DNA of 62,877 nt, the filler included, from Octopus bimaculoides (Eukaryota): NCBI RefSeq assembly GCF_001194135.2. It is 3 parts of 3 records of this genome, joined end to end, with 100 filler letters (N's around TTAATTAATTAA, not from the genome) between each part and the next. Parts side by side here need not be neighbours in the genome. Positions count along the whole stretch, not along the records: positions 30,635 to 61,061 come from NC_068982.1; positions 61,162 to 62,877 come from NW_026400728.1; 1 more part is not named here. One strand, given 5' to 3'. Positions 58,831-62,877 of the stretch are shown here, in pieces. Position 1 is the stretch's first letter. Every line of letters begins with the position of its first letter. Under the pieces are notes generated by a model. It was not told the DNA's origin. It saw nothing but the letters and a program-made list of their open reading frames with translations, and searched no databases. The translations under genes were made by a program, and so were the position numbers.

Positions 58831-59053
58831 CGGAATAAAAAAAGTTTCGCGTAAATCGGACAAGTGGTTATTGAAGAAACGTTAACCTTTCCATTAGACA
58901 CATGATGATGGGCAAAATATTTAAAAGTGAACATCACTTTTAAAATACGGTAAATATTTCGTAAAAGATCCGTTCGTAACCACGGTGTGTAATAATTTTT
59001 TATCATAGGTTTCTTTCGGGTGCATTCAACGTGTCTCACATCCAAGGATTTGG

Positions 59054-59114
59054 CTGCTACTTCGTAACAGCTATTTGCGATAAAAGACCCGAAATACCTG
59101 TTACGAGGTAGCAG
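59054..59114. ncRNA. Pre-miRNA-shaped hairpin (candidate only)
   Basis: CTGCTACTTCGTAACAG-C-TATTT / AAATA-C-CTGTTACGAGGTAGCAG: 17 bp (one G.U on +), C.C mismatch, 5 bp, 15-nt loop; 61 nt in total. Confidence 0.35.
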
Positions 59115-60923
59115 GGCGTGCAAAAATAGCATCCAAATCTTTCCTTTTCACGGGAAAGGAGCTGTTTACGCGTGGTTTCGATGTCACATTCGTTGAAAGC
59201 ATGCGAAATAACCTGGAAAAAGACCTACGAAACAAAACTCAGACTTTCCCGGTACCTTGAATTATTAGTAACCAAACTGGTTATATATATATAATGAGTT
59301 TTAATTACAGTCGAAGGCGACCAACTTCAATATGGTCAGTCATTCGAAGCTATCGACACAAGTACTTCACATGAAGTATACAAAGTATACTTCCAATCAC
59401 AGAGAGATGAAACGCAATGTAGTATTTCTATTCAGAATATAATTAGGAGTTGATCTGTTTTTGCTATATGTATGTTATAACTTTTACCAATAAAGGAGTG
59501 GTTATTAGGGATAAAAGATATTTCTTTATACGAGGATGTCACATCTATATATAAAATCGAAATATTGGTAAAGATCCCACTTAAAAACACATATTGTCGG
59601 TTAACCTAAACAATTCATTAATAAAGGGGTTTCATAGAATGTAAAAGCAATTTCATGGAAGTTGACTTTGAATTAAATATGTTGAACCGAACATCTGAAA
59701 GTTTGAGGTATTCTTTAATATTTAAACGGCAATGACTCCTCCACATGCGAAGAAAAATATTAAAATATATATCACAAAGAAATGTATAAGGGGATCGTGT
59801 AAAACAGATTAAAGATAAAAATCAAGAATTTAGAGGCAGAAAATGAAGATTAAATTAAATCTTAATACGAAAGAAAAGATCTCGAGAACAAAGAATGGGA
59901 TGAGAAATATTTTACTTGGAAAAATATGAGCAATGTATGAAATAAAGATTGATCTTTATTTCAACAATTATTTATATAAAATTTTTAATCAAATATGCAT
60001 TCGCACATATACCGATGTCTACTTCTAGTTCAAATATCGAACAATGTATAATGCATGCATAGCAATATTTATATTTTCACAATTTTCTAAACCGACAGAG
60101 GAGAAAGTAAGTATATGTTTTATATTCATTTTTATAATATAGCCGTAGATAAAAAATAATAATGTAGAAATAAAACACACATTATAGCTTCTAAGCATTA
60201 TCAATATCACAGAAAATGTTGGCGCCACTAAAAGGCAATACAGACTTTTATATTCAATTCTCCAAATAAGATTTATAGCTTTCCTCTTGGTTTAGGAAGA
60301 ATGTTCAGTTTTACTATTGAAGTGAGAAAAACGTTTTTTTCATGATCAATTTGAGATTAATCTCTTTTTAAAAAATATTTCTTGCAACGTACACTAATTG
60401 AAGATGAGAGACTTGATATTATCACTTATGAAGCAAATTTATACATTTATCACTGTTTTTAGTATTATTAGAAATGCAGCTGGTTCACACATAATACGTG
60501 AAGCGGATATCGTATTTAAGGTTTGCCAGTTCATATCATCATGGGTAATGCACTGAATCCATTACTTGAATGACAATTCAGTCAGTGGAAGATTATATAA
60601 TTTGAGTTAAAAACCGTATAATTTGTTAGCTGTTGTAGATTATTTTTTAATTGATCACATATAAGCGTGTTCACAAAGACACATGCACGCGCACACGCAC
60701 ACTCACAGACACACACACAAACACAAGTGTCAGACAGCAGTTCCTGATATTGTTTCTGATTTCTTTGTTCTTTGTTTAATTTCTGATATATATGTATTTA
60801 TATATATATATAATAATTTTCCCAGAGGATGTAGCAACCGTTACCAATATAGCATAAGAACTTACCTTAGGAGATCATTAATTAGATTCCTTAAGGGTCG
60901 TTCTCACAGTTTATATTTATATC

Positions 60924-61061
60924 ATAAGGTTTTTAAACTTTTAAATTTTCATATTCAAAAGAGACAGAGACTTCAAATTCGATATATCGATTTATTCACC
61001 ACTCTATGTTAACATTTCTGTCTCTTTTGAATATGAAAATTTAAAAGTTTAAAAACCTTAT
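60924..61061. repeat. Perfect 45-bp inverted repeat truncated by a scaffold end
   Basis: 60924-60968 is the exact reverse complement of 61017-61061, with a 48-nt spacer. Confidence 0.9.
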
Positions 61062-61161
61062 NNNNNNNNNNNNNNNNNNNNNNNNNNNNNNNNNNNNNNN
61101 NNNNNTTAATTAATTAANNNNNNNNNNNNNNNNNNNNNNNNNNNNNNNNNNNNNNNNNNNN
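61062..61161. other. Artificial scaffold-join spacer
   Basis: 44 N + TTAATTAATTAA + 44 N. Confidence 0.95.
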
Positions 61162-61861
61162 GATGTCATCATTCAAGGGGTTGGTGGTGGTGGTGGTGGT
61201 GGTAGTAGTTGTAGTTGCTGTGATTGCTGTGGTGGTGGTGGTGGTAGTAGTTGTAGTTGCTGTGATTGCTGTGGTGGTGGTGGTGGTGGTGGTTGTGGTA
61301 GAGGCAGTGGTGGGTGTTCATAACAGTTACATTTTTGTAATGTTGACGATGATGATGATGATGATAGTGTTGTTGCTGCTGCTGCTGCTTCTAGCGGTAG
61401 TGGTGACAGTAGTAGAGTGTGGGAGAGGGAGGGTGATTATAAGCAGTTACATCTGTTGTGATGGTGGTGGCGGCAGCGGTGGTGGTGGCTGTCGTCGTCA
61501 TCGCGATGACAGCAATTGATGATGACGATAACGAAGTTAAAGAAAACAACAGTGATGCTTGCGGGTTAGGACGATGAAGATGCTGATGATGACAATGATG
61601 ATGGTGATGGTGATGGTGATGACGGGGGAGATGTCTGCATTATGATCATCACCACCATCATTATCACCATCATCATCATCATCCTCACCACCATCGTCAT
61701 CATCACCATCATCATCATCATCATCATCACCACCACCATCGTCATCATCATCATCATCACCATCATCATCGTCATCATCACCATCATCATCATCATCATC
61801 ACCACCACCATCGTCATCACCACCATCATCATCATCATCATCATCATCACCACCACCAACG

Positions 61862-61893
<32 letters not shown>

Positions 61894-62560
61894 GTCATCA
61901 TCACCATCATCATCACCATCGCCATCATCACCATCACCATCATCATCACCACCACCACCATCGTCATCATCATCATCATCATCATCACCACCACCATCAT
62001 CGTCATCATCATAACCATCATCATCAATGCTGTCATTACCATTTCCTTCATCATCACCATCATCGTCTTCATCGTCGTCATCATCATCATCATCAGCAGC
62101 AGCATCTCCCATCATTACCATCATCCTAATCGTCATCACGACGGCCATCATTACCGTGTGACCGATGGTTTTTCTCCTAATCAAAACCAGTTGCTGCTGC
62201 AGTGACAAAGGAGGAGGAGGATCAAAGCCATCTTTGATTCCCGCCATTTTCTCTGCATGGCTCATCATCCTTCTTCTCCTCCTCCTCCTCACCATCATCA
62301 CCATCATCGTCATCACCTTCGTCATCATTTCCTATTGTTATCTTTGTTGTCGCCATCACTGTTATCATATTCATCATCATCATCATTATAATCTTCAGCT
62401 TCACCATCACCACCATAATCATCATCACCATCATCACCAGCACCACCACCACCACCATCTGCATCATCACTGCCACCACTACTACCATCATCATCATTAT
62501 CATTTTGATAAAAAAAATTTTATCATCACAGCTACCATCATCATCATCATCATTATTATC
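61162..62560. repeat. Compound trinucleotide array (GGT/GTA/GAT, then CAT/CAC)
   Basis: Direct reading; strand composition flips at ~61625-61645. Includes a ~45-bp tandem duplication at ~61190-61275. Confidence 0.92.
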
Positions 62561-62612
62561 TTCTGCTGTTCTATCCACATTACTCTCTCTGTCTCACTCT
62601 CTTTCTCTCTCA

Positions 62613-62840
62613 CCAGACGTAGCTGTGTGGTAAGAAGCTTGCTTCCCTGCCACGTGGTTCCGGGTTCAGTCCCACTGCGTGGGTGGCACCTTGGGCAAGT
62701 GTCTTCTATTTTAGCATCAGGCAGACCAAAGCCTTGTCAGGGTATTTGGTAAACAGAAACTGAAAGAAGCCTGTCGTATATATGCATGTGTGTGTGTGTG
62801 TGTGTGTGAGAGTGTGTGCGTGTTTGTCCCCCACCACCAC
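62613..62840 (+). mobile_element. Family-A SINE 5' half
   Basis: GTAGCTGTGTGGTAAGAAGCTTGC..GGTTCCGGGTTCAGTCCC..CACCTTGGGCAAGTGTCTT..(TG)n. Confidence 0.9.
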
Positions 62841-62877
62841 TATTGTATATGTACATATATATATATGTATATATATA

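Noticed and set aside
59105-59150. let-7-like sequence (GAGGTAGCAGG..CTTTCC)
   Set aside because: The spacing is too short for a let-7 precursor, there are many mismatches, and the segment is already the 3' arm of a different hairpin; treated as coincidence.
61537-62328. 263-aa Asp/Gly-rich ORF resembling an acidic biomineralisation protein (and the overlapping poly-Ile/Met/His ORFs)
   Set aside because: It is the translation of a CAT/CAC triplet array that lacks stops in most frames. There are no splice or start signals, no signal peptide and no unique domain.
62613-62680. tRNA genes at SINE heads (also ~4930, ~5240, ~24240)
   Set aside because: Only A/B-box-like remnants are present, with no complete cloverleaf, and each continues into SINE body sequence.

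Overview
AT-rich, gap-riddled eukaryotic genomic DNA. The repeat landscape (tRNA/CORE-type SINEs, very dense microsatellites) suggests a coleoid cephalopod, probably Octopus; this is inferred from sequence style, not from a search. I found no confidently assignable host protein-coding exon, and most listed ORFs are microsatellite, N-gap or TE read-throughs. The window looks intronic or intergenic. It contains about 25 SINE copies from at least five families, LINE fragments (CR1/Jockey-like, R4/Dong-like, RTE-like) and decayed DNA transposons (a Hsmar1-like mariner MITE, an internally deleted mariner with intact TIRs, a maT/DD37D transposase, a hAT dimerisation-domain remnant). The most interesting signals are RNA-structural or chimeric. 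(i) Four hammerhead-ribozyme-like motifs lie in Penelope-like terminal repeats, two of them a homologous pair with a roughly 75-nt structured insertion in stem II. (ii) A 5S rRNA copy is fused to the 3' tail of the local tRNA-SINE (candidate SINE3). (iii) A 28-bp-TIR element carries telomeric TTAGGG repeats. (iv) There is a 336-bp fold-back. (v) A pre-miRNA-shaped hairpin lies in apparently unique sequence. (vi) A GC-rich island is packed with hairpins. Two 100-bp N-TTAATTAATTAA-N spacers are assembly joins. Boundaries of degenerate repeats are approximate (about 10-30 bp), and all family names are assigned from recalled motifs.
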